DNA of 64,000 bases, taken from NCBI GenBank assembly GCA_964344185.1, contig CAYFMN010000007.1, forward strand, positions 36,954 to 100,953. The letters are read 5' to 3'. The DNA is from an uncultured Nitrospinota bacterium (GTDB lineage: Bacteria; Nitrospinota; Nitrospinia; Nitrospinales; JAJDAT01). Both the position numbers and the translations under genes were made by a program. The notes beneath the pieces were generated by a model. It was not told the DNA's origin, did no database searches, and worked only from the letters and a program-made list of their open reading frames with translations. This document shows positions 27,504 through 37,603 of this stretch, in pieces (position 1 is the first letter of the stretch; each line of letters begins with the position of its first letter).

Positions 27504-30338
27504 ATGAAAAAAGAACGCCTCACTTTGGAACAAGCTTTAAAAAAAGCGGTCGAATCCCATCAATCCGGTCTTTTTAAAGACGCGGAGACTCTATATAAGC
27601 AAGTTTTAAAAGCTATGCCAGACAATTTAGACGCGTTGCATCTTTTAGGGGTGTTGTCCTTTCAAAAAGGCGACTTTGATTCCGCTGAAAAACACATCGA
27701 CAAAGCAATTTCTCACAACCCTCAATTTGCGGAAGCCCACAACAATTTGGGCATTGCCCTGAGGGCTCAAGGTAAATTCGATGAAGCAATCAATTCATAT
27801 CGTAAAGCAATCGAATTAAAAGCAAATTATGCGGACGCCCACAATAATCTGGGGATTGCCCTCAAAGATATGGGACGCCTGGACGAAGCGGCCAGCTCTT
27901 ATCAGAAAGCTTTAGAAATACACCCCCAGTTTGCAGACGCTCATAATAACTATGGCACCGTTCAAGCCGCTATGGGCAATGCAATGGAAGCAATATCCGC
28001 TTTTCTTCAAGCCATCGCAATACACCCCAAATTCTTCCAAGCCTATTATAATCTTGGCAACGCTTACCGAACCACTCGCGAGTTTGACAAAGCTCAAGAG
28101 TCCTACCGCAAGGCTATTGAGGCAAACCCTAAATTCATCCCAGCTCACAATAATCTTGGAGTGGCTCTGGAGGAAGTTGGCAAAATAAACGAAGCAATAG
28201 AATGTTATCAAAATGTATTAAATATAGACCCATTCTATGCAGAAGCTCACAATAATTTAGGAAACGCCTATAGAAACATAGATAAATCTGAGGAAGCGAT
28301 TGCAAGTTATGATCGCGCCATTGCCGCAGACAAAAATTACGCCGACGCCTATAACAACAAAGGTTCTTTGCTGGGCGAACTTGGAAAATGGGATGAAGCG
28401 ATTAAAGCTTTTGAAAGCTCTATGAAAGCCGGTCCTAAACATGTCGAAGCGTGTATTAATTTAGGAATCGCTTATAAGTTGCAAAAGAAATGGGAGCAAG
28501 CGGAGTTGTTTTTTAGAAAAGCTACTGTTATTAGGCCCAACGATCCTAGACCTATTAACCAACTCGGGCTTTCATTAATTTTTACAGGAAACCCGCAAGA
28601 AGCAATCAAAAGTTTTCAAAAGGCTTTAGAACTAGATCCAAACAATCCCGAGATTTTAAATAATCAAGCTATAGCATTCAATACTGTCGGGGACCTTAAA
28701 AGCGCTGAAGAAGGTTTTAGGAACGCTCTGGACATAAGACCAAATTACCCAGAAGCTCAAAACAACCTTGGGAATACGTTGAAAAAAAATGGCAACCTTA
28801 ATGGAGCCATTTCCTGCTATAAAAAAGCATTACAGATTTCACCCGAATATGCTGACGCTTATAACAATTTGGGAGTCGCACTAAAAGAATCAGGTAATGT
28901 TGATGAAGCGATTACTAATTATAAAAAAGCGCTGCATATCGCTCCATCTCTGTTCGACGCTCGTATTAACTTAGGAGTCGCTTTAAACGATCTTGGAAAA
29001 ACTGAAGAAGCCATAAGCGAATATAAAAAAATTTTAGAAACAAACCCTGCTTCAAAAGAGGCTTATTACAACATGGGAATTGCGTATCAAACCCAAAAAG
29101 ACGATGTCTCTTCCATTTCTTGCTATGAAAAAGCTTTGGAATTGGATCCAAAATACTTGGACGCGCTTAACAATTTGGGGATCTCTCTTAATAATTCAGG
29201 ACAATTTGAGGAAGCGATAGCAATATATAAAAAAGCGTTAAATCTTGCTCCAGAAAAGGTAGAACTTCACAATAACTTAGGAAATTCTCTACGAGATTTA
29301 GGCTTACCCACTAAAGCTCTTGAGTCTTTCAAAAAAGCCCTGGATATAAACCCTAATTTTTTCTCAGCTCACAACAATATGGGTAATGCGCTTAAAGATC
29401 TTGGTCGAATTGACGAAGCAATAGAAGCTTATGAACAAGCTATTGCTTTACATCCAAATTATCCCGAGGCCTACAACAACCTTGGAAATATTTTTGCTTC
29501 GAAAGAGAATTCACATGACGCTGTAAAAGCTTACCAAAAAGCTTTAGAAATTGATCCTAATTTTGCAGACGCACAATACAACCTGGGCATAGCTTTAAAC
29601 AATTTGGGGAACCGGGAAGAAGCCATCAAATCTTATGAAGCTTGCATCAAACTTGATCCAGAAAATCATTCAGCGAGACATATGCTTTCGGCGTTAAAAG
29701 GAGAAACGACTGATAGCGCTCCACAAAAATATGTCATGAGTCTTTTTGACCGTTTCTCCTCCAGTTTTGAAAAGCATCTGATTGAAAAACTAGACTATCG
29801 CACTCCGGCTCTATTGCGCAAAGCTTTTGACGGGGTTGTGGGCCAAACAACTCGCTTTAATAAAATGTTAGATTTAGGCTGCGGAACGGGACTGAGCGGG
29901 GAAGCTTTTAACGATATTGTGGATGAAATTCATGGGATTGACGTTTCATCAAAAATGATTGCTTTAGCCAAGCAAAAAAACATTTATAACCAGTTTTTTA
30001 AGGGCGATATTGTAACAGCTCTGGAAAAATCAAATGAAAAATACGATTTAATAGCAGCTATTGACGTATTTGTTTACACGGGAAATTTAAGCGCAATATT
30101 TGAAACGGTAAAGAAGAACGCTCAGAAAGGAGCTTATTTTCTTTTTTCAACTGAACGAGCTTTAAACAAGGGATTCATTTTATTGCCTAGTGGACGCTAT
30201 GGCCATTCTGAAGATTACGTCAAAGAATTAGCGAAAGATTATAGTTTTAAGGTCGCGTTCAAAGAAACGGCAAATATTCGAAAAGATAAAGGAAACTGGA
30301 TCGAAGGGGATTTGTTTATTTTATCCATGCAAAATTAG
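27504..30338 (+). CDS. TPR-repeat protein (~20 consecutive TPRs) with C-terminal SAM-dependent methyltransferase domain
   Basis: A 34-aa periodicity with recurring AEAHNNLG(I/N)A..G...EAI..Y.KAL.I.P over about 700 aa. The C-terminal domain has the SAM motif MLDLGCGTGLSGE. The architecture matches the predicted TPR-methyltransferase family (COG4976-like). Confidence 0.75.
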   Translation: MKKERLTLEQALKKAVESHQSGLFKDAETLYKQVLKAMPDNLDALHLLGVLSFQKGDFDSAEKHIDKAISHNPQFAEAHNNLGIALRAQGKFDEAINSYRKAIELKANYADAHNNLGIALKDMGRLDEAASSYQKALEIHPQFADAHNNYGTVQAAMGNAMEAISAFLQAIAIHPKFFQAYYNLGNAYRTTREFDKAQESYRKAIEANPKFIPAHNNLGVALEEVGKINEAIECYQNVLNIDPFYAEAHNNLGNAYRNIDKSEEAIASYDRAIAADKNYADAYNNKGSLLGELGKWDEAIKAFESSMKAGPKHVEACINLGIAYKLQKKWEQAELFFRKATVIRPNDPRPINQLGLSLIFTGNPQEAIKSFQKALELDPNNPEILNNQAIAFNTVGDLKSAEEGFRNALDIRPNYPEAQNNLGNTLKKNGNLNGAISCYKKALQISPEYADAYNNLGVALKESGNVDEAITNYKKALHIAPSLFDARINLGVALNDLGKTEEAISEYKKILETNPASKEAYYNMGIAYQTQKDDVSSISCYEKALELDPKYLDALNNLGISLNNSGQFEEAIAIYKKALNLAPEKVELHNNLGNSLRDLGLPTKALESFKKALDINPNFFSAHNNMGNALKDLGRIDEAIEAYEQAIALHPNYPEAYNNLGNIFASKENSHDAVKAYQKALEIDPNFADAQYNLGIALNNLGNREEAIKSYEACIKLDPENHSARHMLSALKGETTDSAPQKYVMSLFDRFSSSFEKHLIEKLDYRTPALLRKAFDGVVGQTTRFNKMLDLGCGTGLSGEAFNDIVDEIHGIDVSSKMIALAKQKNIYNQFFKGDIVTALEKSNEKYDLIAAIDVFVYTGNLSAIFETVKKNAQKGAYFLFSTERALNKGFILLPSGRYGHSEDYVKELAKDYSFKVAFKETANIRKDKGNWIEGDLFILSMQN

Positions 30339-30357
30339 CTAAAAGGCTTAGCTTAAA

Positions 30358-31101
30358 TCAAATAAAAACTAAAAAAGACGCTAAAAACTGAAAGAACGAA
30401 ACAAAGGGAGAAAATATTTTTTCCGTAGTGGACATTGGAGAAAATGCAAAGTCCTCGGACTTGTATTCATATTTTTCATAAAACCCTAAGAGCATATCTT
30501 TTGCTTTGATCACATTTTTTCGATCCCCATTCTCAAGAAAAATTTGTTTTGCCTCACGAGTAAATATTATGGAATTTCTTCCGTCTTCCATCAAATCGGC
30601 AATCTTTGCCATTTCTAAGTAAGCGGCTCCAGTCTTTTTATGGCCTGGACTTACTTTTAAAAATTGCCGATAAGCTTGTATGGACTCATTATACTTTTTT
30701 TGATTAGATAATAATCTACCAAGATTAAAGTTGGCCGTGGCGCATTCTGGGTCTAAATGAATGGCTCCACGATAAGCTTCTAACGCTTTTTCATAATTTT
30801 GCAGATAATAATAGGCCGTTCCTAAATTATTAAAGGCCTTTGAAGAAAGTTTATTGCCCCTCAACAACCGAATAACGGACTCAAAAGACTCAACCGCCTT
30901 TTCATAGCGCTTTGCTTTCAAATGCAAAACACCGGCTTTAAATTGAACTTCAGCTTGTTTAAGCTCTTGCTTTGAACTTTTACCCGAACTAATGGGATTG
31001 GGGTTACCCGCATGGTTGTCATCGGCGGCAAAACCACACTCTATTCCGAAAAAAACAACTAAAAAAAACGTAATAATCCCAAAAATGTTTTTTAGGCGCA
31101 T
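30358..31101 (-). CDS. secreted TPR-repeat protein
   Basis: Signal peptide and 3-4 TPR units (YEKAVESFESVI, YEKALEAYRGAIHLDP, YNESIQAYRQFLKVSP). Confidence 0.55.
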   Translation of the reverse strand: MRLKNIFGIITFFLVVFFGIECGFAADDNHAGNPNPISSGKSSKQELKQAEVQFKAGVLHLKAKRYEKAVESFESVIRLLRGNKLSSKAFNNLGTAYYYLQNYEKALEAYRGAIHLDPECATANFNLGRLLSNQKKYNESIQAYRQFLKVSPGHKKTGAAYLEMAKIADLMEDGRNSIIFTREAKQIFLENGDRKNVIKAKDMLLGFYEKYEYKSEDFAFSPMSTTEKIFSPFVSFFQFLASFLVFI

Positions 31102-31251
31102 CGCAAAAGTATCCTAACTATTTGAGAATATGATTATTATACTACCGCTAGCAAAAAAATAAAAGGAAGATAAATTAAGAGAAGTTAAAGGTTGGAAATT
31201 TTTTCGATCAAAAACTTGATCAAACCCCAAGCGCAGTTTGGTTTATTTTTA

Positions 31252-32688
31252 TCACCAAAATGGAGTTCTTCCCCTGATTGGCACTGCTCCAGAAGAAACT
31301 GCCGCTTGCTTAACAGCTTGGGCTACGTTGGTAGTTACCATAGGCTCAAAGACGCTTGGAACAATAAATTCAGGCCCCAAAAGATCTTCGCTAATGCAGT
31401 CAGCAATAGCCTGAGCAGCGGCAAGTTTCATCTCTTCTGTTATCTTGCTTGCGCCACACTCTAAAGCTCCTTTAAATATCCCCGGAAAACAAAGAACGTT
31501 ATTAATTTGGTTAGGGTAATCGCTTCTTCCTGTAGCCATCACTTTCACATAAGGAGACGCTTCTTCGGGCATAATTTCCGGTATTGGATTGGCCATTGCA
31601 AACACGATAGGATCTTTCCCCATTTTTTTGAGATCGTCTACCTTTAATAAACCAGGTCCAGATAGTCCAATAAATATATCCGCCCCCGAAATTACTTCTG
31701 AAAGAGTTCCTGTTTCTATACCTGGATTTGCATTCTCAGCAAACCATTTCTTCGCAGGAGTTAAATCTCTTCTCCCTTTATGAATCGAACCTTTTCTATC
31801 GCAAGCTATTAGATTCTTGACCCCTAAATTCATTATCATTTTGGAGCAAGCCGTACCTGCGGCTCCGGCGCCCAAAACAATTACTTTTAGATTTTCGGGT
31901 TTCTTATTAACTATTTTTAAAGCATTGATCAAAGCCGCAGTAAGAATTGCGGCGGTGCCATGTTGATCGTCGTGAAAAACAGGTATAGACAATTCATTAG
32001 ATAATTTTTCTTCAATTTCAAAACATCTAGGAGCGGAAATATCTTCTAAATTAATGCCTCCAAACCCGGGAGCTATTGCTTTGACAATCTTTACTATCTC
32101 ATCTGGATCTTTCTCATCCAAGCAAATTGGAAAAGCGTCTACGCCCGCAAACTGTTTAAATAGCATTGCTTTTCCTTCCATCACAGGCAAAGCCGCTTCT
32201 GGACCAATATCCCCCAACCCTAAAACAGCCGTTCCATCCGTTACAACTGCCACCATATTATTTTTAATCGTATATTTTTTTACCGCTTCCTTATCTTCCG
32301 CGATTGCCATACAAACTCTACCAACTCCTGGAGTGTAAGCCATCGCTAAATCCTCTGCGTTTTCTATTGGAGATCGACTGTTTACCTCAATCTTACCCCC
32401 CTCATGCAATCTAAATGTACGATCTGAACATTGAACAACCTCAACTCCGGAAACCTGCTTCAAGCCTTCTATAATCTTATTCGCATGTTCAGCTCCTGCG
32501 GTGAATACGTTTAAATCACGGATAGATCCTCCATTCTTAAGAGGCCTTAAAGTTTCAATCGAACCTAAAATTCCGTTCAATTCGGCAATTTTTTTTGTCA
32601 CTTCCGCTAAAATTCCAATTTTCCCCCCTAACTTCAAACGAATTAAAATACTATTTCCTGCATTAGGCGTTATAAGGGATTTACCCAT
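31252..32688 (-). CDS. NAD(P)-dependent malic enzyme with N-terminal ACT-like domain
   Basis: AYTPGVGRVCMAI, VVTDGTAVLGLGDIGP, GINLEDISAPRCF, HDDQHGTA and VLGAGAAG motifs. The first ~90 aa look ACT-like (IRLKLGGKIGILAEVTKKIAE). The ATG at 32688 has a GGAG 8 nt upstream; the track start at 32748 is less likely. Confidence 0.85.
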   Translation of the reverse strand: MGKSLITPNAGNSILIRLKLGGKIGILAEVTKKIAELNGILGSIETLRPLKNGGSIRDLNVFTAGAEHANKIIEGLKQVSGVEVVQCSDRTFRLHEGGKIEVNSRSPIENAEDLAMAYTPGVGRVCMAIAEDKEAVKKYTIKNNMVAVVTDGTAVLGLGDIGPEAALPVMEGKAMLFKQFAGVDAFPICLDEKDPDEIVKIVKAIAPGFGGINLEDISAPRCFEIEEKLSNELSIPVFHDDQHGTAAILTAALINALKIVNKKPENLKVIVLGAGAAGTACSKMIMNLGVKNLIACDRKGSIHKGRRDLTPAKKWFAENANPGIETGTLSEVISGADIFIGLSGPGLLKVDDLKKMGKDPIVFAMANPIPEIMPEEASPYVKVMATGRSDYPNQINNVLCFPGIFKGALECGASKITEEMKLAAAQAIADCISEDLLGPEFIVPSVFEPMVTTNVAQAVKQAAVSSGAVPIRGRTPFW

Positions 32689-32899
32689 TTTGTCTCCTCG
32701 AATATGAGTGTCAAAAAGTATTAGCGGGCCTAAAGATTTGACCTTCAAAACTACTTAAGGTAAAACTCAAAATACTTTGAAAACCCAGACCTTATTGAGT
32801 CAGCGCACGTTGATGAAATTAAGATTTTTCTCAATTATTCCGATACGACTCATTATACAGAATATTTTGACGGTTTAAATACTTCAGATTTCGTAAACA

Positions 32900-34198
32900 A
32901 TGATTTTTAAACGCTTTTATATAGCAGTTTTGCCCTTCTTCGCAGTTTATTTGACGTTTTTTAACGCGATCAACTCTGATGCCCAACCAATCCGTAAAAA
33001 TAAAAAGTTAGTCGCTACTAAAATAAAATTAGAAGGAAATATTATTTTTGATGACCGGTCATTGGCAAAAACGATCGGACTAGGCAGCGGCGTTCAAATG
33101 AACGACCTTATGCGCGAATTAATAATCGACGAAATGGAAGGATATTATTCTTCTAATGGTTTTTATTTAGTAAACGCCAACTTTCCTAGAACGAAACCAA
33201 AAAATGGAACTTTAACGCTATTTATTGACGAGAGCGAAGAAATAAAAAAAGGCGATAGCGAAAGGGAAAGAGCGGAACAAGCTGTGGCCCGATTGGTATC
33301 CTACCGAAACATGCAAATACCTGAATTAAACCGTCAAGAAGCGGTCAATAAATTAATGCAGGGTTATCGAAATCAACGCATTCTTAAAGCCGAACTGGAA
33401 CAAAAAAGAATAGAAAAACAAAAAGCGAATCTGATGGCTGAGTTGGAGAAACAAGTTGCAGAAGAGGAAGCAAAAAATAGGGCGAAAGAAAAAGAATGGT
33501 CTTTAATCATGGAAAAAATGCGAGATTTTTTAGAAGATCCTAATTCTCAATCTCAACCTATTCCATGGGAGAAAGATTTTGAAAGAGCCCAAGCTTCTGT
33601 CAATCGATTGATTAAAAACAATCAGCTTGAAGTATCGCCGCAAATGAAGCGTTTAGCCATAACCAAACTAACTAAAACCTATAGATCAAAAAGACAAGAA
33701 AGGTTAACCGCATTAAAAAGACTGAAATCAAAATCACAAGACTTAAGCGAGGATACAAAAACGGATTTAGTTAGTTCGGAATTATCCAGATTAAAACGGT
33801 CCCTAATGGAATCAAAATCTCAATCAAAATTCGTTCCATGGGAAGAAGATTACCAAAAAGCAAAAACCTCGGTAGATCGCCTGATAGAAAAAAAACAATT
33901 AAAAATATCTCCCGAAATGAGACAACAGGTTATTGCAAAATTGATCAAGGCATATAGAGAAAAACGGCTTGAGCAATTACTCGCGTCAAAAGGTTTAGAA
34001 CCTGAAATTCAAACTTTCAATTTGAAACCCGGCACGGATAAAAAGGAATCCCTCACCAATCCAAAGGTATCTAAGATGCGTCAACGAATGGAAACTATAA
34101 TAGCAGGACAAAATTTTCCAAACGCTACGGAAAAAAAGACTCAAAAAATGAAGGAAAGACTACTAAAAATCCAATCCAAGCAAAATTTTGATTTGTAG
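32900..34198 (+). CDS. secreted protein: POTRA-like N-terminal domain followed by Lys/Glu-rich coiled-coil with three repeated modules
   Basis: Signal peptide, then IKLEGNIIFDDRSLAKTIGL...YYSSNGFYLVNANF..NGTLTLFIDE (POTRA-like pattern). Repeated modules are PWEKDFERAQASVNRLIKNNQLEVSPQMKRLAITKLTKTYRSKRQERL and PWEEDYQKAKTSVDRLIEKKQLKISPEMRQQVIAKLIKAYREKRLEQL, plus a weaker first copy. There is no beta-barrel region. Confidence 0.45.
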   Translation: MIFKRFYIAVLPFFAVYLTFFNAINSDAQPIRKNKKLVATKIKLEGNIIFDDRSLAKTIGLGSGVQMNDLMRELIIDEMEGYYSSNGFYLVNANFPRTKPKNGTLTLFIDESEEIKKGDSERERAEQAVARLVSYRNMQIPELNRQEAVNKLMQGYRNQRILKAELEQKRIEKQKANLMAELEKQVAEEEAKNRAKEKEWSLIMEKMRDFLEDPNSQSQPIPWEKDFERAQASVNRLIKNNQLEVSPQMKRLAITKLTKTYRSKRQERLTALKRLKSKSQDLSEDTKTDLVSSELSRLKRSLMESKSQSKFVPWEEDYQKAKTSVDRLIEKKQLKISPEMRQQVIAKLIKAYREKRLEQLLASKGLEPEIQTFNLKPGTDKKESLTNPKVSKMRQRMETIIAGQNFPNATEKKTQKMKERLLKIQSKQNFDL

Positions 34199-34377
34199 AC
34201 GAACATTTCAAAAAATAATCTTCTGGAGATCAGGCGGTAATGAAAAACAAACTAACTAAAATATTGATTTTCCCCCTCCTCGCCTCTATTTGCATAATGA
34301 AGTAAAAATCCCAACTAATTTACTTCAATTAATTTTTGATATATATTTATTCAAATTTACAACTTCAAAATAATCTA

Positions 34378-34617
34378 ATGGAATATTCCAAGCCTAAATA
34401 TTGCATTGGGCAATTAATTCATCACAAGCTATTTAACTACAGGGGAATTATCCTTTGGGTTGACCCCTGTTTTAAGGGAAGTGAGGAATGGTACCAAACA
34501 ATGGCTCGTACACGTCCCCCTAAAGACAAGCCTTGGTACCATGTAAAAGGCCATGACAACAGGAGAACATACGTTGCCGAATGCAATTTGGAAGCTGATT
34601 TAACTTACCTCAATTAA
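34378..34617 (+). CDS. hspQ: HspQ / YccV-like hemimethylated-DNA-binding domain protein
   Basis: IGQLIHHKLFNYRGIILWVDPCF...PWYHV...YVAECNLE mirrors the E. coli HspQ pattern (FGIGQQVRH..GVVVDIDP...PWYHVV). The ATG at 34378 is preferred over the track's TTG at 34336. Confidence 0.7.
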   Translation: MEYSKPKYCIGQLIHHKLFNYRGIILWVDPCFKGSEEWYQTMARTRPPKDKPWYHVKGHDNRRTYVAECNLEADLTYLN

Positions 34618-34788
34618 GGTATCCCTAGTCAAAACTTTCTTTTTATCGCCAAACTCTCTTATTTACTCCTAAATACGTTTAAAATTAAATTTTATTTTGT
34701 TCAATTTTTCGTTTTAAAGGCAACTTCCATTTCTACTCATGCTAGAATAAGATTGTTAACTTTACATATATTTTTTCGGCTCCATGGC

Positions 34789-35361
34789 ATGGATGAAAAC
34801 GAATTATTCGATCTAATTAAAGACTTGGAATTCTTTAAAGAATTTAAAGAAAGCGAAATAAAAACGCTAGGAAAGTTTAAAAATAATATTATCCATTTCA
34901 CAAAAGGGGAACGTGTTATTGCCGAAGGGGAAATTGGCCAAGAGCTTTATGTGTTACTACAAGGCGAAATAGCCATCACCAAAAACTCCGCTCCAGACAA
35001 AGAATTAAATAAATTAACTCCAGGAGCTTTATTCGGAGAAGTGCCGTTAATTTCGGGCTCTCCAAGATTAACTAACGCAGTAGCTAAAAACAAAATACTG
35101 GTATTAAAAATGGACCAGTTTTTTTGTAACGCGTTGCCTACTGAAGTTCTCAATCGATTTTTCAAAAATTTACTCAACGTCTTGATTGGCAGACTAAATG
35201 AAATGAACACCTCTATGGCTGAGGTTAAAACTGAATTTGATCAGTTCATAACGGCCTACGATCATGTTCGAGAAGGCATTGATCAAATCGTATCAAAATC
35301 CAAAGATTTAAAAATGATCCAAAACCTATCATATGAATATTTTAATAAATTAAGAAAATAA
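34789..35361 (+). CDS. cyclic-nucleotide-binding domain protein
   Basis: cNMP-binding pattern GERVIAEGEIGQELYVLLQGEIAI...PGALFGEVPLISGSPRLTNAVA. The C-terminal helical region is of unknown function. Confidence 0.7.
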   Translation: MDENELFDLIKDLEFFKEFKESEIKTLGKFKNNIIHFTKGERVIAEGEIGQELYVLLQGEIAITKNSAPDKELNKLTPGALFGEVPLISGSPRLTNAVAKNKILVLKMDQFFCNALPTEVLNRFFKNLLNVLIGRLNEMNTSMAEVKTEFDQFITAYDHVREGIDQIVSKSKDLKMIQNLSYEYFNKLRK

Positions 35362-35541
35362 TATGCCTAAGCTTATTAAAACCTGGAAACAAGACGTCTA
35401 GCCCACACTCCCTCTAATATACTGCCAACCCCATAATATTTCTTAATAACGTTTTTGGTTTATAATCCTTTTCTTTATCTAGTACCCTATAACAATGTTA
35501 ACCAAAGTTTAATTTTAGAAATAACTCTAAAGGTTGTTTGA

Positions 35542-36069
35542 ATGGAATCTGAAACTGAAAAAACCAACCAATCTTCACCGACAAAATATAAAGAGATCGC
35601 CAAAGAAGACTTATTAAACGTTCTTGAATCTCATAAACTTTGGCTCGAATCTTCCGCGACTGAAGGAAAGCAAGCTGATTTATCCGAAACTCACCTTAAG
35701 GGAGCCGCTATTGTTGGGGCTTCTCTGCAAAACGCCATCTTTAAAAAAGCTTACCTCTATGGAGCTTATCTAAAAAGGTCTAATCTAAAGGAAGCTAATC
35801 TATCGGAAGCAAATTTAAGAGGGGCTAACCTGCGCTGGTCGGATTTACAAGGAGCCAACTTAACGGCCGCTAATTTGACTCGAGCGGATATTATGAAGGC
35901 GGATCTGCGTAATGCAGACCTAACAAACGTTCAAAACTTATCTTGCGAACAATTGGCCTCCGCTTTCATTGACAAATCAACCAAACTACCAGACTATATT
36001 GATATTTCCTGGTTATCCGATACAGAATACGAATGCAAAAAAGTATCGCTTAAACAGAAAAAAGAATAG
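35542..36069 (+). CDS. pentapeptide-repeat protein (short paralogue)
   Basis: A(D/N)Lxx pentads such as ANLSEANLRGANLRWSDLQGANLTAANLTRADIMKADLRNADLTN. The C-terminal tail is EQLASAFIDKSTKLPDYIDISWLSDTEYECKK. Confidence 0.8.
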   Translation: MESETEKTNQSSPTKYKEIAKEDLLNVLESHKLWLESSATEGKQADLSETHLKGAAIVGASLQNAIFKKAYLYGAYLKRSNLKEANLSEANLRGANLRWSDLQGANLTAANLTRADIMKADLRNADLTNVQNLSCEQLASAFIDKSTKLPDYIDISWLSDTEYECKKVSLKQKKE

Positions 36070-36100
36070 CTGCATTCCTAAAACGTTTTAAGGGAAAAAC

Positions 36101-37057
36101 TTGGAAGACTGGGAAAAAGAATTAAGAGCTAAGGCTAAATCTTATAGTATTCCTCTACAAGAAAAAGATTATAATTTGCGTCAGGCGATCCTTCTAAAAG
36201 TAGATATATCAACCGCTAATCTACAGGGAGCCGATTTAAGAAAAGCCAGCATCCCGGGCGCAAACTTTTCAGGAAAAGATTTAAGTGGAATTAATTTATT
36301 TCAAGCGGCGTTATTAGGAGTCAACTTGCGTAAAGCTAATTTACAAAACTCCAATCTGGAAGGGGCTGACTTTAAAGGAGCTTATTTAAAGGGTCGAAAT
36401 CTATCAACCTCCGATCTCAGTTTTGCGGACCTCAGTTCCGCCAATTTAAAAAACGCTGATTTAACAAAAGCGAACCTTCAAAACGCGAATTTAAAAAACG
36501 CCGATCTGACCGGAGCGATGTTAAAAAAAGTCGATTTTAGCGAAGCGAACTTAACTGGCGCTGATTTTTCCGATTCCGAATTAAATCAAGCTAATTTTTC
36601 AAAAGCCATTATCAAAGGCGCTAAGTTTAATAATGCCGACTTAAGAGGAGTCAATTTTTCAGATGTAGATCTTCAAGAAATCGACCTCTCTGGCGCTAAT
36701 TTGCGGAAGATAGATTTATCAAAAAAAGATTTAAGGAAAACCAACTTTAGCGAAACTGATTTGAGAAAAACAAATCTAAGGGATTGCGATCTTCGCGAAG
36801 CTAATTTCTTTAAAGCCGACCTCCGAGGAGCTTTTTTGAACGACTCAAACTTAGAAGAAGCTTATCTCTCCTCCGCTTTTTTACAAGGAACCATTTTAGA
36901 TAGGACTAATCTTAAAAAAGCCGTATTAAGATATGTTGTAAATTTAACGGGCGAACAAATTCAATCAGCGCGCATTGACAAACTAACCAAAATCCCATCC
37001 TACCTTGAGGTTCTTTGGGTCTCGGAAGAAACTTTTCAATGTAAGAACCGAGATTAA
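36101..37057 (+). CDS. pentapeptide-repeat protein (long paralogue)
   Basis: About 45 consecutive pentads. The C-terminal tail EQIQSARIDKLTKIPSYLEVLWVSEETFQCKN is homologous to the tail of the upstream gene. TTG start. Confidence 0.8.
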   Translation: MEDWEKELRAKAKSYSIPLQEKDYNLRQAILLKVDISTANLQGADLRKASIPGANFSGKDLSGINLFQAALLGVNLRKANLQNSNLEGADFKGAYLKGRNLSTSDLSFADLSSANLKNADLTKANLQNANLKNADLTGAMLKKVDFSEANLTGADFSDSELNQANFSKAIIKGAKFNNADLRGVNFSDVDLQEIDLSGANLRKIDLSKKDLRKTNFSETDLRKTNLRDCDLREANFFKADLRGAFLNDSNLEEAYLSSAFLQGTILDRTNLKKAVLRYVVNLTGEQIQSARIDKLTKIPSYLEVLWVSEETFQCKNRD

Positions 37058-37063
37058 AGTTTA

Positions 37064-37402
37064 ATGGAAATTAAAATAGCAATTTTATTAATAGGAGCGT
37101 TCCTATTAACTTGCTATTTAATTTTTATTAATCGCCGAGAAAAATCTACAGTTGAACGACAAAATCCTCAAACCTCTTTCCAAAAGCTTGTCCCAAAAAC
37201 TCCTGAAATAGAATTCAATCAAAAGGAGTTTGATTCCGCATTGGAAAAAAGAAAATTCGAGATCTTTCGGGAAATTTTGAGAAGAGACCATATTGCCCAA
37301 CAGAAAAGACAAATAAATAAAGCCACTTGTTTGCGTGAAATACTTGAAAAACTATTAGGTTTGCAAGGAGCCGCTATGGAAAACAAAAATCGAAATTTAT
37401 GA
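37064..37402 (+). CDS. single-pass membrane protein, hypothetical; the reading frame probably continues in the +1 frame to 37607 (see findings)
   Basis: N-terminal TM helix IAILLIGAFLLTCYLIFI, then a charged helical region. It lies 6 nt after the upstream stop. Confidence 0.45.
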   Translation: MEIKIAILLIGAFLLTCYLIFINRREKSTVERQNPQTSFQKLVPKTPEIEFNQKEFDSALEKRKFEIFREILRRDHIAQQKRQINKATCLREILEKLLGLQGAAMENKNRNL

Positions 37403-37603
37403 AAAAATTAAACAAGACATTTTAAGCAGAGATTTAAAAACTATTGAAGAACCCAAAGAGTCAGATATTTGGATACTCAGCATATATCCAGATAGTTTTT
37501 GGCAATGGATAAAAACAAATAAAACAGATCTAGAAACTCCGCTAAAAATAATCGGAAAGGGCCTTCCTTCATTTGACCAAGTTAGTGAAACTCATCATAA
37601 CTT

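Noticed and set aside
30337-30353. A small hairpin AGCTAA-aaggc-TTAGCT between the convergent TPR-methyltransferase and TPR genes, considered as a bidirectional terminator.
   Set aside because: It has only a 6-bp AT-rich stem with no flanking T/A runs, which is too weak to call.
34240-34305. A 21-codon ORF (MKNKLTKILIFPLLASICIMK) that looks like an isolated signal or lipoprotein peptide, between the POTRA-like gene and hspQ.
   Set aside because: It has only a weak SD (GGCGG) and nothing follows the putative lipobox. There is no supporting context, so it is indistinguishable from a chance ORF.
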